From Eledone cirrhosa (taxonomy: Eukaryota), in assembly GCA_964016885.1 (NCBI GenBank), contig OZ024741.1, positions 195,610,001 to 195,674,000 on the forward strand: 64,000 bases of DNA, in the 5' to 3' direction. This document shows positions 1-11,462 of this stretch, piece after piece. The translations under genes and the position numbers were made by a program. Positions within the stretch are counted from its first letter, which is position 1. The number at the start of each line of letters is the position of its first letter. The notes beneath the pieces are model-generated. The model saw nothing but the letters and a program-made list of their open reading frames with translations, was not told where the DNA came from and made no database searches.

Positions 1-29
1 ACCCTAAAAACCTGAAAAAAAACGCAGTT

Positions 30-142
30 TTTCACCTAATGCAGGCCCTAGGGATCAAAAAGTTGAAACATTAGTAATACACATGTAAAGTTTGAAAAAT
101 GTCGGTTGGGTATTTCTCGAGTTTTAGGGATTTAAACTCACA

Positions 143-178
<36 letters not shown>

Positions 179-413
179 GATATTATAAGGGCGCGACGTT
201 ATATGTATGTATCTAAAAAGAGAAAGACTAAAAATTATAGAGAGAGATCGCTAAATCGCCTAATGCAGTCCCTAGGGCATTGAAAATTTGAAATGTTTTG
301 CTCAGAACATTCCCTGAAACATAAGTATTACATGTGTAAAGTTTGAAAACAGTCGGTTGGGTGTTTCTCGAGTTTTAGGGATTCAAACTCACACACACAG
401 ACAGACATCCTCA

Positions 414-420
<7 letters not shown>
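30..420 (-). mobile_element. Two tandem non-autonomous Helitron-like terminal segments
   Basis: Two similar units (CCTAATGCAG(G/T)CCCTAGGG at ~35 and ~259) end in (CA/CAGA)n. The second ends CAGTTTTATATATA, the same layout as the Helitron 5' end at 48060-48097. Confidence 0.5.
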
Positions 421-468
<48 letters not shown>

Positions 469-611
469 ATATATATATATATATATACATATAATTTTAT
501 ATATATATATGTGTGAATGAAGTAATTCCGTCGGAAAGGTCCAGGAAAAAAGAGTGCTCTATGTAGGTTACAGAGCTTATTAATTATGTAATAAGTAACA
601 TAAGATAATTA

Positions 612-671
612 TTTCATTTACCAGTGGTTTCTTGAAAGCAAACAAATCTGCTTTCAGTCGTCAGAATGAAA
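612..671 (-). ncRNA. Type I minimal hammerhead ribozyme (Penelope-associated type)
   Basis: Minus strand reads TTTCATT-CTGACGA-c-TGAAAGCA-gatttgtt-TGCTTTCA-a-GAAA-CC-act-GG-TA^AATGAAA. This gives a 7-bp stem I, intact core, 8-bp stem II, short stem III and a GUA cleavage triplet. Confidence 0.8.
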
Positions 672-799
672 AAATCCTAGTGTTTTTATTGAATGTGGAT
701 TTGAAAACAAAAATATAAGAAATATAAAAGTGAGGCTGAAGAAAGAAGAAAAAAAAAGATAATAAATATATAAGTATATAAACACACGCACACACACAG

Positions 800-834
<35 letters not shown>

Positions 835-837
<3 letters not shown>

Positions 838-1290
838 TCATCATCATCATCATCATCAACGTTTAACGTCCGTGTTCCACGCTTGCATGGGTTTGGACGG
901 GGGTAGTCCCACTTGAGGCAAGAGTGATTGTCTTGCTCGCATAGGACTGTCTGGCAGGTTTTCTACAGTTGGATGCCCTTCCTAACACCAACCACATTTA
1001 CAGTGTGGGTCTGGGAGGTTTTTATATATATATATATATGCAAGCGTGGAACATGGACGTTAAACGATGATGATGATGATATATATACAAAAATATACAT
1101 AGACATACACAAAAATACACAAACATATATATATCATCATCATCATCATCATTTCATTTTACGTCCGCTTTTTTCCTGCTTGCAAGGGTGGGACGGGAAC
1201 TGATTCTGGCTTGATTTCTACAGCTGGATGCCCTTCCTAACACCAACCTCATTTACAGTGAGTGCTGGGTGCTTTTTTGCCGTGGCACCT
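835..1290. mobile_element. Cluster of short 3'-end fragments of the RTE family with (GAT)n tails
   Basis: 835-1020 (-), 1039-1080 (+) and 1134-1290 (-) match the 3' UTR and tail of the RTE copy at 47600-47884. Confidence 0.75.
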
Positions 1291-1317
1291 CCGCGACCAC
1301 TTTGCAGTGGAATTATA

Positions 1318-1394
1318 TGGACCCCAGTCCCTATCATCTCATTTCTACAGCTGAGTAAACTGGAGCAATGTGAAATAAAGTGTCTTGCTCAAGG
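1318..1394 (-). mobile_element. SINE central-domain fragment (CORE/Deu-like)
   Basis: Minus strand reads CCTTGAGCAAGACACTTTATTTCACATTGCTCCAG, typical of conserved SINE central domains. Confidence 0.45.
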
Positions 1395-1459
<65 letters not shown>

Positions 1460-1671
1460 CATATATATACATATATACATATATACACACATACATACAT
1501 ACATATATATACACACACACACACATAATTATAAAAATAAATAAAAAATAAATAAACAAACATATACACACTCGACCATGCGCATATACTAAAATATATA
1601 TACAAAGACAAAATACATATACAAAAAAAAATACATATACAAAAAAAAATATATATATATATATATTATAT

Positions 1672-1830
1672 AGGTGCCGAATTGCCAGAGTCATTAGAAC
1701 ATTGGATAGAATGCTTTATGGTATTCGTTCTAGATCTCCGCTCTCGGAGTTCAAATTCCGTCAAGGTCAAGTTTGCCTTTCATTCTTTCAAGGTCGATAA
1801 ATAAAGTACCAGTCTAGTACTGGGGTCAAT
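1672..1830 (+). mobile_element. tRNA-derived SINE with Nin/Deu-like domain (diverged copy)
   Basis: B-box-like GAGTTCAAAT followed by TTTGCCTTTCATTCTTTCAAGGTCGATAAATAAAGTACCAG. Same family as 27021-27210. Confidence 0.7.
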
Positions 1831-2049
1831 TCTTCCCCTATATCACTTTCTCATTTCCTCACTTTCTATCTTTCTCTGGAAGAAATCTGCTGTACTCAGG
1901 CCTGGAGAGGGATGGTCTCCGCCAGGCTTAAAATGCCCAAGGAACGCTGTATGTCAATACAGCACCACAACGACTCTATCAGGAGTTATGGGACCATACA
2001 TACATACATATGTGTATATATGTATATGCATATGTGTATATTTGTGAAG

Positions 2050-5000
2050 CCCAAAGTTAGAGGAAGAAGGCTGCACTTCCAAAATGACTAAACAAGGCTC
2101 GTCTGAAGACAGAAGTCAGAACTGAGCTGTTGAAGTCTCTTGAGTCCATGGAATGTGTAAACATGTGGGAATCATTGAAGAAAACCATTTATTATGTCAG
2201 CGCTGGAGTTTTTAGGTTATACCAATAGAAAGCATAAGGACTCGTTCGATGAAAATGATGCAGAGATCCAGACTTTGCTTGAAGAGAAACAAAAAGTGCT
2301 GACATCATTGCTATGTGAGACATGTTCTGACAAGAATGACCGGATCTTCAAGCAGATCAAAGCATGTGTGCAACATCAATTGAGAGCCATGCAAGATACC
2401 TGGTGGAGAAAAAAGGCTGATGAAATCCAGAAAGCCTCACATAGACATGATACAAAACTCTTATACAATTTTAGGAAATAGATATCGGTGCACATGCAAC
2501 ATAATATAAAAGACAAAGAGTACTGGTGTGTGTGATAAAGTTTTACTTCATAGAAGTCAAAGGTGTATAATGTAAAGGGTTGTTACCCGATGGCAATAAT
2601 ACCATTGTGAAGTTGGTAGAAAATGTCTTGGCGCTCTCATCTCAGGCTGGTGAGCTGCATTGTGCTGGTAACGAAAGGGTCGTCCAGAAAGAATCACCAG
2701 CTATGGTCGAAGATGTTACCACTTCAGGAATCAGGAGGCGAGAGAGAGATTTCGCGGTTAATCGCTCCTTTTATCTCTGTTGACCGGAAGTGACCACTAG
2801 GGAGTTTGGTCAATCCCAAAGGGAAGCAACTCCACCTACTTCCTGTCTAGAGAACAGCGATTCGATTGTCGTGGCAGGGGAGGCAACTCTTACTACAGTA
2901 TCCCCCGCCAGATTTTTAAAACATAAAAAATCGAAAGAAGCATGCATGGAGTAAGATGGCGAGCATGTAAGAGGCATGAAAAATATGGTACAGAGTAATG
3001 GAAGTAAGAAAAGTCAAAAGTTCATTGTAAAGGGTTGTTACCCGATGGCAATAATACCATTGTGAAGTTGGTAGAAAATGTCTTGGCGCTCTCATCTCAG
3101 GCTGGTGAGCTGCATTGTGCTGGTAACGAAAGGGTCGTCCAGAAAGAATCACCAGCTATGGTCGAAGATGTTACCACTTCAGGAATCAGGAGGCGAGAGA
3201 GAGATTTCGCGGTTAATCGCTCCTTTTATCTCTGTTGACCGGAAGTGACCACTAGGGAGTTTGGTCAATCCCAAAGGGAAGCAACTCCACCTACTTCCTG
3301 TCTAGAGAACAGCGATTCGATTGTCGTGGCAGGGGAGGCAACTCTTACTACACAATCAACTCAGGGAGGTGTATGGTCCAACCGGTCCACAAATATCATC
3401 ACTTCACTCCAAAGACGGCAAGGAATTGCTCAGAGATCCAAAGGAAATCCTGATCAGGTGGCAAGACCACTTTGATGAGCTCCTCAACCGACCATCAGAA
3501 ATCGATGATGAGTTCATGCGGTCGATTCCATCCAGACCGTCAAAGCTGGCAATGGCTGATCCTCCTTCATTTGATGAGGTGGCTATTTCCAAATTAAACA
3601 GCGGCAAGTCACCTGGAATGGATGGACTGAGTGTCGAGATCTTCAAGTGTGCTGGTGATAACTTCTTAAACCGCCTCACTGATCTCTTTGTGAATGTTTG
3701 GAATGAAGATGTACTGTAGGACTGGAAAGATGCATTGATGGTGGTACTTTACAAAGGAAAGGGAGCCAAAGATGACTGTGGCAACTACAGAGGTATTCCA
3801 CTGCTTTCTATGGCTGGGAAGATCTTGTGCAGGATATTGTTGGACAGATTGATACAGCACATTGCTCTTGAGGTACTTCTTGAGTCCCAATGTGGCTTTA
3901 GGAATGGCAGTGACACTGTTGACATGGTCTTCTCAGCCAAACAACTTCAGGAGAAATGCATTGAGCAGCGCATGGACTTATACCAAGTTTTTGTTGATCT
4001 GACACTGTAAATCAGAAGGCTTCGTGGGTTATTTTGGAGAGATTGGGCTGTCCTGAAAAGTTGGTGAACATACTCAAGCTCTTCCACAATAACATGCAGG
4101 CATGGGTGAACATCGGAGGTAAACTGTCTGAGTCAATCTCAGTTGAAAATAGTGTCAAGCAAGGTGATATACCTGCACCAACTTTGTTTGTCTTGTATTT
4201 CGCAATGGTGTTCTTCATGGCCTTCAAGGATTGTCAACACAGTATCTATGTCAGCTGTTTGACCTCAGGCATCCCACTGCTAACACTAAGGTACTGAGTA
4301 CCTTGATCAGAGAATTTCTGTATGCAGATGATTGTGATCGCTTTGCACACTCCCAGAGTGACATTCAACACCTTATGGATTCTTTTTCCAATCCGTGCAG
4401 TGCTTTGGGACTGACAATCAGTCTGAAGAACACTGTCGTCCTGTACCAACCTACTCTGGATAAAGTTTTCAATGAACCCTCCATATATGTATACGGTCAA
4501 AAGCTGAAGTTTGCTGACAGATTTGTGTATTTGGGGAGTATTCTGAGTATGACCTGCTCTCTGGATGCAGAAGTTGATCAGTGTGTTAGCAAAGCAAGTG
4601 AGCCATTTGGAAGACTCAGTGACCGTCTGTGGTGCAGGTGAGGAATCACAATGAAGACCAAGGTGAAAATGTATACTGCATGTGTACTGTCAGCATTGCT
4701 GTATGCATGTAAGACATGGATTGTCTACAGCAGTGTCTCAGAAAGATGCTCAGTTTCAAGTGGAAGATGCATGTCAGGGATGTTGAGGTCCTTGAGAGAA
4801 GTGAATGTCAGAGCATTGAAAGTATCATCCACCAACGTTGTTTGCGATGGACCGGACACCTCTGCAGAATGGAAGACGATCGAATCCCGAAACAACTTTT
4901 GTATGGCAAAATTTGTAAAGGTAAGAGACCACCTCACAAGCCAAAGCTCCGATTCAAAGATTATGTAAAGGACTCATTGAAAAAAATGGTTTGATGGTGG

Positions 5001-5460
5001 CTGACTGGGAAATAGAAGCTCTTGAAAGAGAAACTTGGCATGGAATGGTGAATGACAGGGTCCATAATTTTGATGGCAGACACATAGAGCATGAGAAGAT
5101 CAAACGGGATGTGTGTAAGCAATGTCCTGATGTCTCCATTGAATTGGTGTGCCTTGAATGAGGAAAGATGTGCTTGAACAAATCTGGTCTCAGAAGCCAG
5201 AGTTGCAGCCATATTCAAAGAGAACCAGTGAACAATGATCTCCACGTTATTGAAAAATGTAATGAATGTGGCAAAGAATGTCGATCTGTAGCAGGACTGA
5301 AGCAGCATGTGAAGGTTCACAGGCAACCTGATGCAAGACCTGAGACCAGGGAGATCCATAGTTGTTGTCAATGTGCGAAGGATAGCTTGAATAGTCATAT
5401 CCAAGCGTCTCACATGTGAATCTGACTAGTGATTGCAATACTCTCAGCCTGAGTTTTCAG
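2050..5460 (+). mobile_element. 5'-truncated, degenerate RTE-clade LINE (RT pseudogene with C-terminal C2H2 fingers)
   Basis: Fragmented ORFs carry KSPGMDG, NYRGIPLL, QCGFR, FVDL, VKQG, LYADD, YLGS, LRWTGH and CNECGKEC...HVKVH. It is interrupted at 2470-3352, and removing the insert restores TKLLYN-QLREVYGP. Confidence 0.9.
2470..3352 (-). mobile_element. Internally deleted LTR retrotransposon (mini element) inserted in the RTE
   Basis: Direct repeats 2571-2897 and 3026-3352 (327 bp, identical by eye). 4-bp TSD CAAT at 2466-2469 and 3353-3356. On the minus strand a PPT-like GGCGGGGGATAC precedes the full 3' LTR (2897->2470). Confidence 0.85.
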
Positions 5461-5759
5461 CCATCATGTGTGTATAATATACATATATAGTATAAAATAT
5501 TGTATTAGGAAAAACAGGCATGAAGTAGTAGTGACCATGAGTAAGATAGTTGGTTAACATCCATGAGCTTGGCTGGTCGTGATTGGGGATTCAGCCAGAT
5601 CAGTTTGAAGAGGAGGCGAAGAAGAAAAATTATGTAATATAATTTTCCTGATGTTAAATCTTCGAGTATGGTATAAGTTTCCAAGAATTCACGGAGTAAT
5701 TAAGTATAAAATATTGTATTAGGAAAAACAGACATGAAGTGAGGAGAAATTTGAAGACA

Positions 5760-6300
5760 GATTTATTTGATTAAATAATCCCACATGTGTTTCATTACTG
5801 ATTATGTAAGCTGTATAGGAATATTTTTTTCTATTCACTCACTCACATTATGTCCATGTTCATCAAATCTTCAGGTATTGATGGTACTGCTGGAAAAGTC
5901 TTTGGCTGAAGGGAATTAATTCTATAGTTCAAAGAGAATCATTTTCGGAAATGGTAGTGGCTGTTGTCATGAAAACAAGCTAGACGTGAAATCCATTCTG
6001 GGCTAGCATAATTTCCAACACTTCCATTGCACAAAGATCACAATCCTCTCTTTCATGTTAAAAGGGATGGGCAAAATGTAGAAGCGACTACAACAGCTCA
6101 TACTCCACTTGTTTAGCCAACATGGTAGATTTGTGAAGCTCCAGTTGTTTGTAACATACTCAAAGATTTAACATGTGGATAATTATATTACAAAACTCTC
6201 TTATCCACATTGCATCCAATAAAAATATAAAAATTAGTGGTGTCTATTCATTTGTAAATTCATATCAATGTGATTGGGGAAAATTGTCTTCCCCATGGCA
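5760..6300 (-). mobile_element. Penelope-like element 3' remnant (GIY-YIG C-terminus plus degenerate hammerhead)
   Basis: Minus strand translates ...EDCDLCAMEVLEIM (CxLCxxE motif) near 6010-6050. Downstream is CTGAAGA (~5874)...GAAACACATGTG (~5793). Confidence 0.55.
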
Positions 6301-7229
6301 ATATCACATCACCACAAGACATTACAACTACTGGTTTCCTCGACCATGGCAAGATTTCACAGCAACGATTCTCTTGACTCACTGAGACACTTCATTCATT
6401 TGCTATAGACTCGACCAAAAAAGTCATTCATTCAACTACGTCATCCACTTTATCATCAAAGCAAGTTCTTACACCACAACAAATGTTTAGCAGGATTTAT
6501 AGTAATGATAATAATATTTGTATCAACAGAGGTCACCAATATAGCAGACATTTAATAGTCACCAGTTTAGCTGTTAAATAATATTATGCCATATAATAAT
6601 AATATCAACAACAATAATAATAATAATAATGATGTATTTTGTTATAACAGGAAAGGTATGGTTTTGTTATATCAATAAATGTAATGGTTTTGTTAAATGG
6701 TAATGTTAGTTGAACTGAGGTTCGGCTGTAAGTCCCAGGTTCTGTTGCTGCTGTGATAATAACTCTGGAAAGGATCTTTCCATATCACATTTAAAGGCTA
6801 TGGCTGTGGTAACAGCATCACAAGGCTTTACAACGTTTTTACATAATTTATTTACAAACTAATTACAAAGGTTGAGCTGGCATGCCAAACAAAGGAATAA
6901 ACAAATTAAGAGTTTAGAAGGTACGGTTGGCTGGCTGAGGTGCTGGCCAGGCTATAGTTATGTTGTTGTCATTATATGTTGGCTAGTGGTCAAGGGCAAA
7001 AGAAAAATGGTGTTTACCTTTCCACAATTGAAGCTGCAAGAGACTCTGCAGAAAAATCTTTGTTTAGGCAGAAGTTGGTAAAATATATTCGTGCGCGGCT
7101 CACGATTGGCTTGACTTCGCCAAATCACGCACGAATAGTTTACAAATGCACCAAAGTAGCTTGCTACAAATGAATAAAACAGACAAACAAACACTTATGT
7201 TACAATCGCTAAATATATACATATCCACA

Positions 7230-7965
7230 ATATGTTACTGGGTAGGAAATGAATGACGATGGGTTCGGTGGTGTAGGCAACCTACTAGCTGAGAAATGGA
7301 TAGATTAAAGTGATAAAGGTAGTTAGAGTAAGTGACAGAATTATCAAGCTTAGAATCGCTGTTGGAAATAGAATAGTGACAAATACATTTACCTATGCCT
7401 CACATGCAGGACTGAGTAAAGAACAAAAGGGCAGATTCTATGAGAAACATTTACAGACAACTTCAGGTATTGATGAAAGAGACCTCATCATCTTCGCAGA
7501 TGACTTCAATGGACATGTGGAATAGTGCCAGGATGGATTCAGTGAAGTTCATGGCAGAGGAGCTGACAGTAAAGTGAGAGTAGGAAATGAGTTTAGTGAG
7601 GAATTCAAGGTACAGATAGTTCATCAACATTTGGTTCTTAACCCACTGCTGTTCATCATAGTTCCCCAGGCCATAATAGAGGAATCCAAAATGATGTGCA
7701 TGAGAAGACTGCATTAGTACAGACATACAATGCACATGAATGATGATTCCTGGGAGAAGTTCCAGGGAATCTCAATGGAAGAAAGCCGTGGTAAAGATAG
7801 TCAAAGGAAGAACTGGGCGTAGGTGGTGAGAGGTGATCTCGAGTCATTCAGACTCACTGAGAAGATGACGAAAGAATGCAGTGTGTAGGGAGAAGCTGTG
7901 CTGAAAAAGACCCGTCCAACCTGTGCAAGTGTAGAAAAGCGGATGTAAAACCAATGACGATGAGG
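7230..7965 (+). mobile_element. Highly deleted RTE LINE remnant (AP endonuclease fragment plus 3' end)
   Basis: VVRVSDRIIKLRIAVG...DFNGHV is an APE motif. A short RT remnant follows, then a 3' end like the RTE (GAT)n terminus. Confidence 0.65.
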
Positions 7966-8038
7966 GATAGAAAGTTTTGCATTTGAAAGTTAGAATCTTT
8001 AATATTTTTTTTACTATGTGTATATGTGCATGCATGCT

Positions 8039-8169
<131 letters not shown>

Positions 8170-9878
8170 TAAAATGACAGGAGGCCAGACTGGTGAAATT
8201 CCTTCAAAGATTTATTTTAACAAACACTATGTACATTTCAGCGACCAGGTTACATAAGATCCTGGTGACATCATCAGCTGTTATATAATAAAGGAATAAT
8301 GGTGTAGTAAGCAAAGGCACTACTTATTGTGGTTACACTTGGTCAGTCGCCAGGCCGGTAAGTCGGTGGCGTAGAAATAATCGGCACTTACTTCTGCCCA
8401 GCTAAAAAATTTGCGACTCAAAAAGAGTTCCAGCTTCTTCTTTGCATAAGCAGGACGTTACTAAATCCATTCCCTGGAGCAACTGGCAACATGAGATATT
8501 TATCAAGGAACTTTGGCCCTCTTGGCAAGGGCCCAGTAACAGCTTACCTAGATATATGCCACAACGGCACCTAGCATTTTACTGTAATATTTTATGGAAA
8601 AAATAAATCCTTTGTTATATGTCTTCGCGGTGCTTTCCTCTCTGATCCTTCCACATGGACTACCAACATTAAACACACAGCCTTATAATATAATCTTCTT
8701 TAAGGATCCTTCTTGCAACCAAATTAATAATAATTTAAGGAACTTTTCAGCTAAAGGGGTGACCGACCCGACATGGGAAATATTTTTAGTAGTATTTGGA
8801 AATTACTACATGCGAGGATTTTAAAACGCACATGGTGCGTTTTTCTAAAGGTGATTTTTCACATTCACCGCCATTGGGGGAAATTTTAATGTTTTGCTTT
8901 TGTTTGGTTTAAAACTAAGAAAAAAAATTTTTTTTTTCTCTTTGAATGGAGAATTCAACAAGTAGCTATTGATATATATATATATTTTTTTTTTTGCCAT
9001 TCTGGTCAACTTTTAGCCGTAAGGATATTGTTCGCCACTGTCTTATTTGATACAGACCACATCTCTCCGTAATTATGAACCACTCGTCTTTACCAGCATT
9101 CAATGGTGATGTAAGAGTTTGGTTCGCATAAATTGAGTCCTACTTCAAGGCAAGCTGTATTGATTCGGAGCAACACAAGTTGCATATTTTGCTGAGCGCC
9201 ATTCCTGCATCCTTGTCGCTTACACTGAAAGATTTAATTACAGATACACCTCCTGACACCTCGTATGCATCGTTAAAGACTGAAATTCTCTGTAGGACAT
9301 CTCTGTCAGCGGAAAAGCGGTTCCGCACACTAGTTCATCACAAACATTTGGACGACAGGATACCAAGCCAGCTCCTGCGTAGGATGAAGGAGCTGGCTGA
9401 AGGCTCTTCCAAGAACAATTCCATGCTAAAGCAGCTGTGCTTCTCGCATTTACCTTCAAGTGTGTAGGGCATTCTGTAGCAGTGAATGAAATGTATTTTC
9501 CTTCTGCGGCGGAATGGTATTACGGAGGTAAGTTGGCTGAAGTGTGAGCCAATCGAAACCTTCGGTGCACTAATTGGACTGTCCAGAACTACGTCACCAG
9601 GTGAGCGGAGGTGACCAAGAGAGACATTAGTCTACACGCACCTCTCTTATCGACAAGACCAGGCTACACTCATCGCTGCTAACAACATCTCCATCTTGCA
9701 ATGAAGCGGACCAAACTACATCCTACACATGTAGATACTACCTGTACCTAATGTATCCGTTCAACATGTACAACTAATAAATAGAGTTACAACATCGATA
9801 ATGGATTTAGTCAATGTTCTAAATGCCTTCTGATTTCTATTATGTATACCAAGAATTGACCCTAAAACCCGTTATAAA

Positions 9879-9896
9879 TGGTGACCCCGACGTGAT
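9879..9896 (+). promoter_or_regulatory. Primer-binding site for tRNA-Trp
   Basis: TGGTGACCCCGACGTGAT is the reverse complement of the 3' 18 nt of animal tRNA-Trp(CCA). It lies 2 nt after the LTR. Confidence 0.9.
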
Positions 9897-10553
9897 ACGA
9901 TACAACAAATCACATTATAAATGGTGACCCGAACGTTTAAGGACATCAACACAGAAGAAACCACATCTTTCCGTTGCAACGAACACATCAACATTTCGCA
10001 TCCCCCCCCCCCCCCCCAAAAAAAAACAAAGCCACTCGCCTTTTCTCGGGGTATGTACGCGATTAGCTTGAGTCCTAATATGTATTTGATATATTGTCTT
10101 ATTGTTACTAAATCTGCACATCACACCTTCACTTTCTAACATCACCGAACACATGCGTTAATACAAAAATCTTATTTTTTCCTCTCAATTTCTGATTGGG
10201 CGACGCTATAAAAAAAAACAAAAAAAACTGTTGGCGCCGATAGCCAGTCAGAGCAAGATGGCCGACTTCCGTCTTCTTCAGCTGTTTTCCCGCCAAAATG
10301 ACGGAGGCAACGCCATTTTGAAAAGTACACAAAAAGAAAAAAAAAAAATAAATAAAATAATAGGACAAAGATAAATCATAATTTTTTTTTTAAAGCTTGA
10401 CGTTTTTCCCTCCAACATTGTTTTTGATATATTTTTCTTTTTCTGTCTTTCACTCGGATTATATTTTTTCTTGGCCTGAATTTTCACTTTTGTCTCGGTG
10501 ACAAGTGCAGAGTTGTCCTTTCTTTGCCCTTTGCTTTTACATCAGTATACACA

Positions 10554-11462
10554 ATGGGTAGCACTTCATTGCCACCGTTTACCGGTGACGTCACTGTCTG
10601 GTTCGCCCAGATAGAAGCACATTTCACAGCGAATAACATCACCAGTGACCACAGACAGTTAAATCTCCTGTTAAGCGCTTTTCCAGCGTCATTGACGTCG
10701 GTCGTCAAAGACTTAATTACAGATCCTCGCCCTGGGGCCACCTATGAGAGCGTGAAGCTCGAAGTGTTGCGGCGGACCACATTGTCCGCAGAAAAAAAAT
10801 TTCAGACGCTCGTCAATGACGAACATTTGGGTGATCGGACGCCCACACAACTACTGCGTCGGATGAGAGAGCTGGCGGAAGATGCCCCAGCTGACAGTGC
10901 CCTCCTTAGACAGCTTTTTGTCTCAAGGCTACCCCCCGGAGTTCAGGCGATCTTAGCGCCCATGATGGAGGCTGCTCCTGTCGACCAGCTAGCGGCTTCG
11001 GCCGACAGGGTTATGAGTGTCATCGGACACCCAGCCTCATTTGCCCCCTTCCAGGCACCTCAGCCACCGGCTGCGGTCAATCCGTTCTCTCCTGCCTCCT
11101 TCCAGGCACCCCAGCCACCGGCTGCGGTCAATCCGTTCGCTCCTGTCTCCTTCAATGCATCCCAGCCGCCGACTGCGGTCGCTTCCTTCACTCCAGCGGC
11201 TGCCAGTTATACCGACCAGTCACTTGCAAATGCAGCAATGCTGCAAGCAATAGAGCAGCTAACCAAGGAAGTGAGAAAACTAAGCACTCACAGGGCTCAT
11301 TCGCCCAGATGCCGTTTCCAGAGCCGTTCACCCTCGCCACGACGCCGTCACACAAGCAGTTCAGGTTTGTGTTACTACCACAGCCGTTTTGGCGCAGCAG
11401 CACGCTCCTGTAAACGGCCTTGTACATTTTCAGACCAGGGAAACAGATTTCAGGAGACCTGA
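10554..11462 (+). CDS. gag: Gag protein with CHCC-type nucleocapsid motif
   Basis: Intact ORF from ATG 10554 with LPPF...WFAQIEAHF, LGDRTPTQLLRRM and CYYHSRFGAAARSCKRPC. Confidence 0.9.
   Translation: MGSTSLPPFTGDVTVWFAQIEAHFTANNITSDHRQLNLLLSAFPASLTSVVKDLITDPRPGATYESVKLEVLRRTTLSAEKKFQTLVNDEHLGDRTPTQLLRRMRELAEDAPADSALLRQLFVSRLPPGVQAILAPMMEAAPVDQLAASADRVMSVIGHPASFAPFQAPQPPAAVNPFSPASFQAPQPPAAVNPFAPVSFNASQPPTAVASFTPAAASYTDQSLANAAMLQAIEQLTKEVRKLSTHRAHSPRCRFQSRSPSPRRRHTSSSGLCYYHSRFGAAARSCKRPCTFSDQGNRFQET
11438..11444 (+). promoter_or_regulatory. -1 ribosomal frameshift slippery site G GGA AAC
   Basis: The heptamer is in the correct phase of gag, and the protease ORF (11420..12025) is in the -1 frame. 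The older copy has GGGAAAT at ~15352. Confidence 0.8.

Noticed and set aside
2580-3238. Two identical 67-aa ORFs
   Set aside because: They lie within the duplicated LTR and have no protein motifs.
6640-7204. Possible solo LTR (TG...CA)
   Set aside because: No TSD, PBS, PPT or second copy in the window.
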